Of a DNA stretch of 64,000 nucleotides, positions 8,993 to 20,369 are shown piece by piece. Position 1 is the stretch's first letter. Each line of letters starts with the position of its first letter. The DNA is from an uncultured cyanobacterium. Lineage in GTDB: Bacteria; Cyanobacteriota; Cyanobacteriia; Cyanobacteriales; CAWUOF01. The stretch lies in the NCBI GenBank assembly GCA_963744145.1, contig CAVUSO010000001.1, forward strand, positions 5,664,001 through 5,728,000. The letters run 5' to 3'. The translations under genes and the position numbers were made by a program. The notes beneath the pieces are model-generated. The model was not told where the DNA came from. It did not search any database and worked only from the letters and a program-made list of their open reading frames with translations.

Positions 8993-10399
8993 ATGGACAT
9001 TAAGGAAGTGTTAAAATTCGCCGACGACTTGGTTTTAGCCAAAACTGGCAAACACTTAGATAACCTACAACAGGCTATATTGCTCGCAAGTTGGCAAGGT
9101 AAAAGATATTCCCAAGTTGCTAAAGACTTTCATTGCACTGAACGTCATGTTGGAAATATCGCCTCAAAATTATGGAAAATTATGTCAGAAATATTAGAAG
9201 AGAATATCAGTAAATCTACTTTTCAGTCTGCAATTGAAAGATATCAAGTTTCTAATGTATCAAATTTCGGTCAGCTTAATTTAGTACAAAAAGGCAACAT
9301 TAGAGTTTGCACGGAAACCTCACATCCTCCCAAAACTCCACAAAACTCGCCCCCAGCACAAACCTCAAATAAAGCCAACACCGAACAAAAACCACGACTT
9401 GATTTAAGAGACGCACCCGACGATCTCAAAACTTTCTATCACCATCCATCCCTTACCACCATCGAAAGTGCGATCGCTCAAAACTCTCGTCTCATAACTA
9501 TCACAGGTATGAGTGGCACCGGAAAAAGCGCGATCGCTCGTCACCTAATCCCCCAAATTCAAACTCAATTTGATTGTATCATCTGGCGCAGTCTCCGCAC
9601 ATCTCCACCCCTAGAAACTACCCTCAAAAACCTGATTCAATTTCTCTCAAATCAACCAGAAATTAACATACCCACTAACACCGACTCTCAGCTCGCAATC
9701 CTGATCGAATATTTGCGCGATCGCACCTCTCTAATTATCCTAGATGATGTACAACAAATCCTCAACAGTGAACAACTTGCAGGCAATTATAAACCTGGAT
9801 ATGAAAATTATGGAACCCTATTTAAACTAATCGGTGAAATCCCTCATCATAGCTGCTTCATCCTCAATAGTTGGGAACCACCTTCAGATATTCTCACCTT
9901 CACCGAAGATCATTCAGCAGTACGTTTATTACCATTAATTGGTTTAGGTGAAGCAGCTACTGAACTTCTCCAAGAAAAAGGTTTATTAGATCAAGAATAT
10001 TTTCCAGAATTAATTAACCTTTATCAAGGTAATCCCCTCTGGTTAAAATTAGTTGCTCAAACTATTAATAACTTATTTAGCGGTAGAGTATCTCAATATT
10101 TAAACTATGAATCAGTATTATTAAGCGACGAATTGAAACCAATATTACATCAGCATTATCAGCGGTTATCCGAGGGAGAAAAACAAGCGATCACGCAACT
10201 TAGTCAGGAAAATGAAACGATCTCGCTGACTCAATTTCTGGCAAAATATCAAGGGGAATCGAATTTATTGACAGCAATTCAATCTTTAGCAAGACGGGGA
10301 ATGATCGCAAAATTTAGCAATGAAACTGAAACAGTGTTCACGATTCAATATATATTGAAAAAATATGTTAAAATTGTCGGCGAAATCATTATGTCTTGA
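8993..10399 (+). CDS. NB-ARC/NACHT-type P-loop ATPase with N-terminal HTH
   Basis: GMSGTGKS Walker A, LIILDD Walker B, YQGNPLWL; typical cyanobacterial N-terminal HTH. Confidence 0.8.
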   Translation: MDIKEVLKFADDLVLAKTGKHLDNLQQAILLASWQGKRYSQVAKDFHCTERHVGNIASKLWKIMSEILEENISKSTFQSAIERYQVSNVSNFGQLNLVQKGNIRVCTETSHPPKTPQNSPPAQTSNKANTEQKPRLDLRDAPDDLKTFYHHPSLTTIESAIAQNSRLITITGMSGTGKSAIARHLIPQIQTQFDCIIWRSLRTSPPLETTLKNLIQFLSNQPEINIPTNTDSQLAILIEYLRDRTSLIILDDVQQILNSEQLAGNYKPGYENYGTLFKLIGEIPHHSCFILNSWEPPSDILTFTEDHSAVRLLPLIGLGEAATELLQEKGLLDQEYFPELINLYQGNPLWLKLVAQTINNLFSGRVSQYLNYESVLLSDELKPILHQHYQRLSEGEKQAITQLSQENETISLTQFLAKYQGESNLLTAIQSLARRGMIAKFSNETETVFTIQYILKKYVKIVGEIIMS

Positions 10400-10446
10400 A
10401 AAACAGATATACTGAATGACAGTGTGCAGGGAGTTTTTAATTTCCA

Positions 10447-12228
10447 ATGAACCAAATTTTCCGCTTATCGATTCTAGCAGTTTTTATGTCATCTCCCGTT
10501 TGGGCTAATGAGCAACCTCTTTATATCGCTTATCCTCCCCAAAACTATGAAACCACAGCAAACCAAATATTTTTACTGGGGACAGCACCACCCACGGGAG
10601 AGGTATTGTTAAATGGTCAACCGATCGCACGTAGTGAAGCTGGACATTTTGGTCCTAGTTTACCTTTACAACTAGGAGAAAATATTTTTAATTTTCACTA
10701 CCAAAATCAAGATATTTCCCTAAAAGTAATTCGTAAACCTATTACCGATCCACCAATTGTCGGATTAGGGTTTGCCCAAAATTCTTTAACTCCCCAAGTA
10801 AATTTAGTCAGAAAACCAGGGGAAGTGATTTGTTTTAATGCGATCGCACCCAATCAATCTAATGTTTCGGTATTACTCTCAGGTCAAACTATTCCCTTAA
10901 TTCCTCAATCTCAAATTCTGCTCCCAGAAAACTCTGGGGTACTGACGAATAATTCCCAACCAATTGATTCTGGATCGATTAATCGCGATCGGCAATTTAA
11001 TTCAGTTTATCAAGGTTGTACAAGAGTTAATATCTCCGGAGATTTAGGACAACCTGAATATCGTTTGACCCTCAATAATCAAACGATTAGTCAAACTGCT
11101 CCGGGACAAATTTCGATTCTTTCTCCACTGCAATTTAATATTGCTGAAGTAACTGCTGAATCCGGTACGACTAGAACTGGACCAAGTAGTGATTATTCGC
11201 GTTTAACGCCTTTACCTAAAGGTACTCAAGCAGTAATAACTGGTCGTGAAGGAGACTGGTTACGTCTAGATTATGGTGCTTGGATTAAAAGTCAGGAAAC
11301 TCGCTCTTTCTCCAGTGCAATTCCCCTCCGTTCGATCATTCGGGGAGTTACATCTCGTCAAGTGGATGGTGCGACAGAAATTTTATTTCCTTTAGAAGTT
11401 CCTGTACCAGTAGCAATCTCCCAGGGAACTAATACCTTTACTCTCACTCTTTATGATACTATTGCTCAAACTGATATTATTCGCTTAAATGATGATCCCT
11501 TAATTTCTCGTCTAGATTGGCACCAAATCGCACCAGAAACGATCGAATATAAATTTAATCTCAAAACTGCTCAACAGTGGGGTTATCATCTGGAATATCG
11601 CGGTACAACTTTGGTGTTATCCTTACGTCATCCACCAAAAATTCAGCTTGATCAAAAAAGTTCTTTACCTTTAAGTGGAATTCGGATTGTCATCGATCCA
11701 GGACATGGTGGTCCAGAGGATCTCGGAGGAGTTGGACCAACAGGTGAGCGCGAAAAACAATTTACTTTAATTATTAGTAAATTAGTCCGCGATCGCTTAT
11801 TAGCAAAGGGAGCAACAGTATATATGACTAGAGAAACCGATGTAGATCTAGATTTACCCCCCCGTGTTGCTCTAATTGAAAAACAACAACCAGCGATCGC
11901 AATTTCGTTTCATTATAATGCTTTACCTGATCAGGGAGATGTTTTTCATACTAAAGGTGTAGGAGCTTTTTGGTATCAACCCCAAGCTCATAGTCTAGCA
12001 GTATTTCTCCATAATTATCTGATTCAAAAACTTGGTCGTCCCGACTATGGCGTTTTTTGGGATAATTTAGCCCTCACTCGTCCAGCGATCGCACCTTCAA
12101 TATTGTTAGAATTAGGGTTTATGACGAATCCCTTTGAATTTGAATGGGTAAAAGATCCCCAAGCACAACAGCAATTAGCTGATGCGATCGCGGAAGGGAT
12201 TACTCTCTGGTTTACGCAAGTTCTCTAA
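10447..12228 (+). CDS. N-acetylmuramoyl-L-alanine amidase
   Basis: IDPGHGG, E, SFHYNA, ILLELGF motifs; signal peptide. Confidence 0.9.
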   Translation: MNQIFRLSILAVFMSSPVWANEQPLYIAYPPQNYETTANQIFLLGTAPPTGEVLLNGQPIARSEAGHFGPSLPLQLGENIFNFHYQNQDISLKVIRKPITDPPIVGLGFAQNSLTPQVNLVRKPGEVICFNAIAPNQSNVSVLLSGQTIPLIPQSQILLPENSGVLTNNSQPIDSGSINRDRQFNSVYQGCTRVNISGDLGQPEYRLTLNNQTISQTAPGQISILSPLQFNIAEVTAESGTTRTGPSSDYSRLTPLPKGTQAVITGREGDWLRLDYGAWIKSQETRSFSSAIPLRSIIRGVTSRQVDGATEILFPLEVPVPVAISQGTNTFTLTLYDTIAQTDIIRLNDDPLISRLDWHQIAPETIEYKFNLKTAQQWGYHLEYRGTTLVLSLRHPPKIQLDQKSSLPLSGIRIVIDPGHGGPEDLGGVGPTGEREKQFTLIISKLVRDRLLAKGATVYMTRETDVDLDLPPRVALIEKQQPAIAISFHYNALPDQGDVFHTKGVGAFWYQPQAHSLAVFLHNYLIQKLGRPDYGVFWDNLALTRPAIAPSILLELGFMTNPFEFEWVKDPQAQQQLADAIAEGITLWFTQVL

Positions 12229-12337
12229 AATATTAAAAGGATCGCGCAGTAAATCAAAAAACCAGGCATTTAGCCTGGTAAAATCAATCATGGAATTCTA
12301 AAAAGCGATCGTCACTTGAGGAGGAAAATACTTATGG

Positions 12338-12799
12338 TTAGTTAGATTGACCACCATGTCCAGAATGTCCAGGATGGTTTTGTTTCCACTGAGCTCTCAT
12401 TTGCTCTAACTGCTGTTGTTGTTGAGGTGTTAAAAGTGCTTTAATTTGAGAACGGGTAGATTCATGAATTTGTTTGAGTTGAGCCTTTTGATCAGAAGAG
12501 AGATTCAACTGGGGACGTTTGTGCTGTTGTCTAGCCTGTTGTAGTGCTGTTTTTTGCTCAGGTGTGAAAATAGCGTCTCTTTGTTGTTTAGCACTCTCCC
12601 GAATTTGTTTAATTTGGTTTTTTTGGTCAGGAGTTAAGTTTAATTTATCCCAGAAACCTCCCTTTTTCCATTGATGATGATCTTGAGTGTTTTGAGTGTC
12701 TTGAGCGTTTGCTGGAGCAATCAAGGGAGCAATAATCGGTGCAGCAGCAAGAGTAAGAGCAATGACACCAGGTAACAAGAAAGCAGCTTTGAGTTTCAT
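12338..12799 (-). CDS. Spy/CpxP-family periplasmic chaperone
   Basis: Signal peptide; repeated LTPDQ/FTPEQ/LTPQQ motifs. Confidence 0.8.
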   Translation of the reverse strand: MKLKAAFLLPGVIALTLAAAPIIAPLIAPANAQDTQNTQDHHQWKKGGFWDKLNLTPDQKNQIKQIRESAKQQRDAIFTPEQKTALQQARQQHKRPQLNLSSDQKAQLKQIHESTRSQIKALLTPQQQQQLEQMRAQWKQNHPGHSGHGGQSN

Positions 12800-13116
12800 G
12801 GTTGAGAATTTATTGATTAGGTTTGTTGTGGTTGTCTTTCAACCTACTTACATCCTATTGATTATAACTGTATTATAATAGTGTAAACAGTAATGGTTTT
12901 GAGCATGATAAAAGTAATGGTTTTGAGGATGATCAAAGTTATATTATGATTAACTTCAATCAAAAACGCTTGATGGTTATTTGATCACTCCCTGGTCTAG
13001 GGTGAATATTTGGAGGCGATCGCGTTTAATTTCTCCTTAACCTTGATCACAAATTTTTTGATTAAAATTGGCTCTAATCCCAATTCACCATCAAGCTATA
13101 CTAAATATATTTATCA

Positions 13117-14049
13117 ATGATGAAAAAAATTTATCTCTGGAGTTTCCTGAGCGTTATTTTTATTAGTTTAGCAGTTTGGGTATTTTTTCCCCGTCCCGTT
13201 CAACTACCATCAAAAACTGTACCCGTTTTTATCCCTCCCAAAAAATTGATTCAATTTAATTCCTATACTTTACCTAATCGGATTGTCTATGTTCTCCGAA
13301 TTCCTAATGCTAGACAATTTTTAATCACTACCGCAGTATCACAAACAGTAGATAGCTTAGAAACATTTGCTCAAACATATCCAGGAAAATTATTGCCGAA
13401 AAAAAAAGCGATCGCTGTGATCAATGGGGGTTTTTTTGATCCCAATAATCAACAATCTAATTCTTTTGTGATTCACCAAGGAAATATTATTGCCGATCCA
13501 CAATTAAATCAGGACATGATGACCAATCCTAATTTAACACCTTACTTAACAAAAATCCTCAACCGCACAGAATTTCGACGCTATCTTTGTGGAGAAACTA
13601 TTCGTTATGATATTGTGCCACATCAAGAACAGGTTCCCACTGCTTGTCGATTGATCGATGCGATCGGTGGTGGACCGAGTTTATTACCTCAACTAACTTT
13701 ACAGGAAGAAGGTTTTTTCGATCTAAACCATGGTCAAATCCTGCGTGATCCATTGGGAAATAATCAACCTAATGCTAGAACTGCGATCGGAATTGATGAT
13801 CAGAATAATCTTGTCTGGGTCATGGTAGGGCAAAAATCATCAGTTACTGCATCATCAGGTATAACTTTAACAGAGTTAGGAAATTTGATGACAACCATGG
13901 GAGTTAAAAAAGCGATGAACTTAGACGGAGGTAGTTCTTCATCTTTATACTACCAAGGCAAAACTTTTTATGGAAAAATCGATGAAAATGGTAATCCCAT
14001 TGGACGCTCGGTTAAATCAGTGATCATTTGTTTAGACAACGAGTCTTAA
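13117..14049 (+). CDS. Phosphodiester glycosidase (NAGPA) family protein
   Basis: INGGFF, ARTAIG, AMNLDGGSSS motifs. Confidence 0.85.
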   Translation: MMKKIYLWSFLSVIFISLAVWVFFPRPVQLPSKTVPVFIPPKKLIQFNSYTLPNRIVYVLRIPNARQFLITTAVSQTVDSLETFAQTYPGKLLPKKKAIAVINGGFFDPNNQQSNSFVIHQGNIIADPQLNQDMMTNPNLTPYLTKILNRTEFRRYLCGETIRYDIVPHQEQVPTACRLIDAIGGGPSLLPQLTLQEEGFFDLNHGQILRDPLGNNQPNARTAIGIDDQNNLVWVMVGQKSSVTASSGITLTELGNLMTTMGVKKAMNLDGGSSSSLYYQGKTFYGKIDENGNPIGRSVKSVIICLDNES

Positions 14050-14072
14050 TCAAGTTCAGCAAGTTGATTAAT

Positions 14073-14196
14073 TAGACTTCTTGCAAAAATAATTAAAACA
14101 GGCAAGATGCCTGTCCCACAAGAGTCTTTTTTTGTTGTGGGACAGGCATCTTGCCTGTCCAATAAATCGATCAACATGACTTTTGCAAGAGGTCTA
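14073..14196. repeat. MITE/REP-like element (TAGAC.TCTTGCAAAA termini; ACAGGCAAGATGCCTGT core)
   Basis: Terminal inverted repeats and internal palindrome; copies at 20241, 36134 and 61166. Confidence 0.85.
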
Positions 14197-14206
14197 TTTA
14201 ATCGCA

Positions 14207-14872
14207 TTAATATTGGATTTTTTCAATTGGACCCAAAAAAGTTGGACGGGGATGAGTAATATGTACCTCCCAACAAGCTTTGAGCGTAGAAAAAGATTCT
14301 CGGAAAGAATAATATCTCATCGAACTGTCTGGATATTGTCCCCAATCAGCCATTCCCAAACCAACTACATTTATACCCAAATGCTCACAGGTATAAACAG
14401 CTCTAGGTAAATGATAACGCTGAGTCACCAAAACTGCTTGCTTGATGCCAAAAATCTCCTTGGCACGATAGCAACTTTCGTAGGTACTAAAACCAGCATA
14501 ATCTAAAACAATATTTCCAGCAGGTACTCCTCTTGCTTGAGCATATTGTGCCATTGCTTTGACCTCATTATAGTCCTCGCTACTATTGTCTCCAGTCATT
14601 AATAATTTCTTTACTCGTCCTAATTTATAGAGCCCGATCGCACCCTCGATCCGATCCGCTAACATTGGTGTGGGAGTACCATCTTCCCAGATCCCAGCAC
14701 CAAAGACAATCGCGATCGGTTGGAGCGGTACTTGAATTGGAGTATGATAGCAATGTCGATTTGTCGTAATTTTGACATAATAGTTTAGCCCTAGTAATAG
14801 CATGATCATGCCTATAAGTACCACCCAGAAAATTATCCTTCCGTAAAATATAAATTTTTGTTCCAGCATCAA
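14207..14872 (-). CDS. SanA/ElyC/YdcF (DUF218) family protein
   Basis: IVFGAG, TGDN, YNEV, DYAGFSTYES, QRYHLPRA. Confidence 0.9.
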   Translation of the reverse strand: MMLEQKFIFYGRIIFWVVLIGMIMLLLGLNYYVKITTNRHCYHTPIQVPLQPIAIVFGAGIWEDGTPTPMLADRIEGAIGLYKLGRVKKLLMTGDNSSEDYNEVKAMAQYAQARGVPAGNIVLDYAGFSTYESCYRAKEIFGIKQAVLVTQRYHLPRAVYTCEHLGINVVGLGMADWGQYPDSSMRYYSFRESFSTLKACWEVHITHPRPTFLGPIEKIQY

Positions 14873-15295
14873 ATCTCATCTCACTCAAATAAGACACAAT
14901 TCTCTTCTAGTATAATCTGTAGCTTTGGGTTCATTGGACAAGGTTTAGGCAAATATCAAAATTATTATTTTCGCCTAAAAGCTTTATCGGACAAGGCTTT
15001 TAGCTGTTTCAATTATATTTCTTTTTGCCTATGAAGCCAATCAGATTGAGGAAATTCATCCAAATTTTAACTAAAAAACTCTTTTCTTTAAAAGAAAAAT
15101 ATCATAATTTTGGCATTCCTTTGATATGGCACAATAAAATTCTCTTGTCTTAGTTAGCGGTAGTGACTTTTAATTAGGAGGTGAATAAGATTTAAAAAGA
15201 TTGCAACATAAGTTAGTTTTTATCGTCTTATCTAGCGATCGCTAATCACCAAACCAAGTAAAAGTAAGATTGCTTACGCAGGGGTATCGTAAAGA

Positions 15296-16000
15296 ATGAA
15301 CATTCTGGCAACTTCTAGCAACAACTATAGCGACTCTTTAGCTCTTAGCAATACTGTCCAAGTTAAACAATTGCTGGAAACTAATCAATGTCAAGGGGGT
15401 GAATTGAGTGGAGCAAATTTGGTTCAATTTAATTTGAATGGTGCTAATTTGAATGGTGCTAAATTACTTTTGGCAAATTTGAATGGCACTCAATTGAAAG
15501 GAGCTAATTTAAGTGGTGCCGATCTCAGTTTTGCTAATTTAGTAGCAGTCGAATTAGGTCATGCAATTTTAAAAGGTGCTGCTGCTCAAGGAGTGAACTT
15601 ATTACAAGGTAAATTAAGAAATGCCAACTTAAGTGGAGCTGATTTAGGGTTTGCAAATTTAGTTCAGATCGATCTTAAAGGAGCAAATCTGGCTGGTGCA
15701 ATTCTCGATGGTGCTAATCTAATTGGAGCCCAATTAAGCGGTGCTAATTTAAGTGGTGCATACTTAGCTGGTGCTAATCTGGGTTATGCCCAACTCGAAG
15801 CAGCTAATTTATCCAATAGCGATTTAAGTAATACCCAATTAGTCGGGGCTAATCTGAGAAACGCTGATTTAAGAGGAGCTAACTTGAATGGAGCTAATTT
15901 GTTACACGCTAATCTTCAAGGAGCCAATCTAGCTGGAGCTGATATTGCTGAAGTTGCTCTGACCGAGGTGCAATATTTAGGTGCTGTTGGGATCGGCTAA
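15296..16000 (+). CDS. Pentapeptide repeat protein
   Basis: Tandem A(N/D)LxG repeats. Confidence 0.95.
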   Translation: MNILATSSNNYSDSLALSNTVQVKQLLETNQCQGGELSGANLVQFNLNGANLNGAKLLLANLNGTQLKGANLSGADLSFANLVAVELGHAILKGAAAQGVNLLQGKLRNANLSGADLGFANLVQIDLKGANLAGAILDGANLIGAQLSGANLSGAYLAGANLGYAQLEAANLSNSDLSNTQLVGANLRNADLRGANLNGANLLHANLQGANLAGADIAEVALTEVQYLGAVGIG

Positions 16001-16022
16001 AATCTACCCAGGGTATTTTTGG

Positions 16023-17162
16023 TTAATTTTTCCACCCCACAGCTTCAGAAATTTTAGATAATCCCGATTCCTCTAATTTTTTAGTTAATCCCTGTAAAAT
16101 CTGATGAACGATCAATGGACCTTCATAAATTAATCCGGTATAAATTTCTAACAGACTAGCTCCTGCTGTAATCTTTTCCCAAGCGTCTTCAGCTGTAAAA
16201 ACCCCTCCAGTGCCAATAATCGGGATTTGTCCTTGAGTTTGTTGCCAAATAAAACGAATAATTTCCGTAGAACGTTGTTTCAAAGGAGTCCCACTAATCC
16301 CCCCTGCTTCTTCAGTAATCAGATTACCCGTCGCAGAAATTATCTGTGTTTTTAAACCATCTCGACGAATAGTAGTATTGGTGGCAATGATTCCAGCTAG
16401 CTGGTAGGTCATTGCCACTTTAATTACATCTCCGATCGCCTCCCATTCCAGATCAGGAGAAATTTTCACGAATATTGGTTTATTAGTCCGATTTTCTGCT
16501 TGTAAAACTTCTAAAATTGCACTGAGCATTGCCCCATCCTGAAGCGATCGCAATCCAGGAGTATTCGGTGATGATACATTCACGACAAAATAATCTCCCC
16601 AAGGCTGAAGCAATTTAAAACTAGCCAAATAGTCTTGTGCTGCTTCAGCTAAGGGTGTGATCTTAGATTTACCAATATTGATGCCGATCGGGATGGGTCG
16701 AGCCACCTCTGGCCAACGCTGGGCTAATTCTGTGGCCATCGCTGCACTGCCACGATTATTAAATCCCATCCGATTCAAAGCCCCATAATCTTTGGGCAAT
16801 CGAAACATCCGCGGACGAGGATTACCTGGTTGAGGATGGAAAGTACAAGTACCCAACTCGGCAAAACCAAACCCAAAACTTGCCCAAATCCCTGCTGCAT
16901 CGCCATTTTTATCAAAACCTGCTGCCAATCCCAGGGGATTTTTAAACTCTAATCCCCACAAAGTTTGGGTTAACCTAGAATCAACCACACTACAGGATTG
17001 CTCTAATTGGGACTGCACCCACCTGGCGACCGGACTGGTTGGCGATCGATCTAACCAACGCAAAAAATTAATCGTTTGTTGGTGTAACCATTCCGGATCA
17101 GTTGGGACTCCAGAGAGCAAAATCGGACGGACAAAGATTCGATAAAAATCCACTTTTCTCAA
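16023..17162 (-). CDS. pyrD: Quinone-dependent dihydroorotate dehydrogenase
   Basis: [33 protein letters not shown]. Confidence 0.95.
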   Translation of the reverse strand: MRKVDFYRIFVRPILLSGVPTDPEWLHQQTINFLRWLDRSPTSPVARWVQSQLEQSCSVVDSRLTQTLWGLEFKNPLGLAAGFDKNGDAAGIWASFGFGFAELGTCTFHPQPGNPRPRMFRLPKDYGALNRMGFNNRGSAAMATELAQRWPEVARPIPIGINIGKSKITPLAEAAQDYLASFKLLQPWGDYFVVNVSSPNTPGLRSLQDGAMLSAILEVLQAENRTNKPIFVKISPDLEWEAIGDVIKVAMTYQLAGIIATNTTIRRDGLKTQIISATGNLITEEAGGISGTPLKQRSTEIIRFIWQQTQGQIPIIGTGGVFTAEDAWEKITAGASLLEIYTGLIYEGPLIVHQILQGLTKKLEESGLSKISEAVGWKN

Positions 17163-17391
17163 AAAGTAATTATTAAACGATAATAAAAGGTAGTCAGGAC
17201 TGAAAATTCAAGTGTCTAACGAACTTTAGGGAAATAAAATTCATTCCTCCCGCATTATTACTCATTCTTGGACTCGGGAGCCAGAGCTTGGTAGATTTTC
17301 ATCTCCCAATTATTTATTGTCTATAATCTCTTCCCTATTAGACCTTAGCTATTAATACATACTAAAGATTAACTAACAAATTCTGATTAGC

Positions 17392-20229
17392 ATGGGTCAG
17401 CAGCAAAAATCGACGGCCTACGATAAACAACTCGTTGCCTTGGGGCGTGTTCTCCAGACCCTGAGGGAGGAGGAAAATGTTGATGTCTTAATCGAAACTA
17501 CTCTGAGTTATATTCAAGCCGAGTTTGAATATAGCTTAATTTGGATTGGTCTCTACGATCGCCTGGAACATAAATTATTAGGGAAAGGAGGTCGAACTCC
17601 CCAAGGTGATGCGCCCATCTTGCACCAGCGATTTATCCTCAACCCTGGAGATATTATGGAGCAAGTGGTAATTCAGCAAAGGGCTGTGGGAGTCCCAGAT
17701 TTGCGCGAAGAATCACGCGGAGGTGAATGGCGTAAGGCAGCTCAACAATTTAATATCCAAGGTACGATCATGTTTCCCATTCGCTACAAAGATCGTTGTT
17801 TTGGTGTGACTTTATTGGGCTCGACCTTGTGGGGAGTATCCCCCCGTTCCGAAGAAAAAGCCAGACTTAGCACTATTTTGGGCGGACTAGGTGCAGCTTT
17901 GTTTCAGATCGAAATGGAATGGCAAAGACAACTAGCCAAACGTCCCCATGAACCCTTGATCTCGTTGTTGGGTCAGTTGCGATCGCTCCCTACCCTCGAT
18001 CAATTTTTAGAGACCCTGGCGGAGGAAACTCACCAATTTGTCAAACCCACACGCACTAATATCTATTGGTTTGAACGGGAAAAACGTTATTTTTGGCGTC
18101 GAGCTAGCAATCGGGCCAAAGCCATTGGTTTGACTGATACCACCCAATCAGCGTCAGGAATTACCGTAGCCGATGTCAGTGGATTTTACCAAGCCTTAAT
18201 ATCCGATCAAGTAGTCTCGATCGGCGAAGCCCATAGTTCTTTAAAAGCTGATATTACTGGTCGTCTGATGCAATTAATTCGGGCGCGATCGCTTTTAGCT
18301 GCACCAATTAGCTTTAAAAACGAACTATTAGGTTTTTTAGCTGTAGAAGGTAACGAAGCCAGAATTTGGCAGGATGAAGAAAAAAAATATGTCCGAGGAG
18401 CAGCTCATTTAATTGCCCTCTTTGCCCCCCTAGCTGAACGAGATGATACGATTAAACAAATTAAATTAGACCAAGAATTAACGGCTGGGGTGACTCGTGC
18501 CATTTATACTGATGCTGACTGGAAAGCTACTTTAGACAAAACTGCCGAAAAGTTATGTACCCGTTTGGGAGCAGAAAGATTTGTCTTGTTAGCACATAAC
18601 CGAGATTTAGAACAATTTGAAATTATCCATCAGCGTCAACCTCCCAGCAAACGCCCTATTACTAATCCGTTTAATCTATTAAATGATTTAGATCGACAAT
18701 TGCTCGAACAGAGTCCCCAAGCAATTAGTATTGAAAGTTGGCCAGAAGATTTTAAGTGTGCCGCCTGGAAGGATAATTTTTTAGAGGTAGGTATCCGCTC
18801 AATTGTCTTGTGTAACACTGCGATTGGTCATTCTCTCACCGCAGTATTAATTGTTGGTCACGAAAAACCTCGCACTTGGAACCGAGCTGAGGAAGAACTT
18901 GTATGTATCGTCAGCCAGCAAATTGGGGTAATTTTGCGTCAGTGGCAACTAAATAATTATCAGAGCAAACAACAGGAACTATATAATTTAACTCTGAATG
19001 GATTAAATATCCTACACAAAGCTAAGAATATAGATCGGCTCGAACACTTAGCTACAGACAATATCGCTAAAATTACTAACTGTTCTCTGGCTAGTTTAAT
19101 CACTTGGTCACCAGCTCGTTTAATTGGTCGAGTTGTGGCACCTGTGGTGGCTCATCCCCAATTTGGTTTAAATACGACTATACCAATTCAAATTAGTCAA
19201 GATCCATTGATCACCTCAGCTTTGAACAATGAAGGAATGACTGGACCGATGAAAGTGAGTGGTCTTCCATCTCTCACTAGACAATGGTTATCTGGAGCTG
19301 GAATTGGTCAGGTATTAGTCATTCCCCTCCGGACAGTCCCTGAATATCAGTCCACTGCAATTATGTTGTTGGGTGATGTCAGCAAACGTCGTTGGTCTGA
19401 AGATGAACTATTGGCAATTCAAACTTTTGTCTATCAGTTAGCTTGGTCACGCCGTTATTTGATTTTAAGCCAAACTCTTCAGTCTGAGCGCGAAGAACTA
19501 GAACGACTGAATTGGTATAAACAAAGAAGAATTGAAGAACTTTATCGTTCTGTCACTGGAGGAGTGAAAAAGCTTGGAGAACTGAGTAATCAAAAAGATG
19601 CTCTGACTGGACTACGTTATCAGCAATTACTCCGGCAAATTAGTAATGTGTTAACCACAGTTACTCCTCTTTTAAAACATGAACAATGGCAACTTGTTCA
19701 TAATAATGAAATTATTTCTTTAGCTAGTTTACTCAGGCGATCGCTCGAACGAGTAGATCGTCTGATTAAACAACTGCGTCTCTGGGCTCAAATTCACCGG
19801 GAGGGAAATTTAAGTGTCAGAGGAGACATGATCAAACTGGAATTAGTGCTTTATGAAATCTTAACTATGGCTGCTCGTCGTTCTCCACCTGGGGGTAGAA
19901 TTGATATTTGGTGTCGTCCCATAGATAGTATTAATGCTGTCAGCAATAAACCCGAAGCTGATTCCTTACTGATTGTTGAGTCTTCCTCTCAGTTTTTAGA
20001 GATATCGATTACTGATAATGGTGGAATTGACTCCCGGTTACTGACTGAACTTAGAAGCGCTAATACCAGTGATTCCTTAGTTCCTTCCACTCTTGATCAT
20101 CCACCTGGTCTCCATCTGCTCATTTGTCAAAGATTAATGAAGCAGATGGGAGGTGATTTTGATCTTTACCAACTTGAAGATGGTCGGGTTGTCAGCCGTT
20201 TAATTATTCCCTTAGCCACGGAAACTTAA
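17392..20229 (+). CDS. Multi-GAF sensor with degenerate histidine-kinase-like C-terminus
   Basis: Several GAF-like repeats; HATPase-like ITDNG..GLHL; no canonical H-box seen. Confidence 0.7.
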   Translation: MGQQQKSTAYDKQLVALGRVLQTLREEENVDVLIETTLSYIQAEFEYSLIWIGLYDRLEHKLLGKGGRTPQGDAPILHQRFILNPGDIMEQVVIQQRAVGVPDLREESRGGEWRKAAQQFNIQGTIMFPIRYKDRCFGVTLLGSTLWGVSPRSEEKARLSTILGGLGAALFQIEMEWQRQLAKRPHEPLISLLGQLRSLPTLDQFLETLAEETHQFVKPTRTNIYWFEREKRYFWRRASNRAKAIGLTDTTQSASGITVADVSGFYQALISDQVVSIGEAHSSLKADITGRLMQLIRARSLLAAPISFKNELLGFLAVEGNEARIWQDEEKKYVRGAAHLIALFAPLAERDDTIKQIKLDQELTAGVTRAIYTDADWKATLDKTAEKLCTRLGAERFVLLAHNRDLEQFEIIHQRQPPSKRPITNPFNLLNDLDRQLLEQSPQAISIESWPEDFKCAAWKDNFLEVGIRSIVLCNTAIGHSLTAVLIVGHEKPRTWNRAEEELVCIVSQQIGVILRQWQLNNYQSKQQELYNLTLNGLNILHKAKNIDRLEHLATDNIAKITNCSLASLITWSPARLIGRVVAPVVAHPQFGLNTTIPIQISQDPLITSALNNEGMTGPMKVSGLPSLTRQWLSGAGIGQVLVIPLRTVPEYQSTAIMLLGDVSKRRWSEDELLAIQTFVYQLAWSRRYLILSQTLQSEREELERLNWYKQRRIEELYRSVTGGVKKLGELSNQKDALTGLRYQQLLRQISNVLTTVTPLLKHEQWQLVHNNEIISLASLLRRSLERVDRLIKQLRLWAQIHREGNLSVRGDMIKLELVLYEILTMAARRSPPGGRIDIWCRPIDSINAVSNKPEADSLLIVESSSQFLEISITDNGGIDSRLLTELRSANTSDSLVPSTLDHPPGLHLLICQRLMKQMGGDFDLYQLEDGRVVSRLIIPLATET

Positions 20230-20240
20230 ACTCATTCATC

Positions 20241-20362
20241 AGATCTCTTGCAAAAATAAATAGGACAGGCAAGATGCCTGTCTCACAAAAGTGATTTTTC
20301 CAGTGGGACAGGCATCTTGCCTGTCAATAAATAGATCAATAAGGACTTTTGCAAGAAGTCTA
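20241..20362. repeat. MITE/REP-like element between convergent genes
   Basis: Same family as 14073-14196. Confidence 0.85.
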
Positions 20363-20369
20363 TCATTAA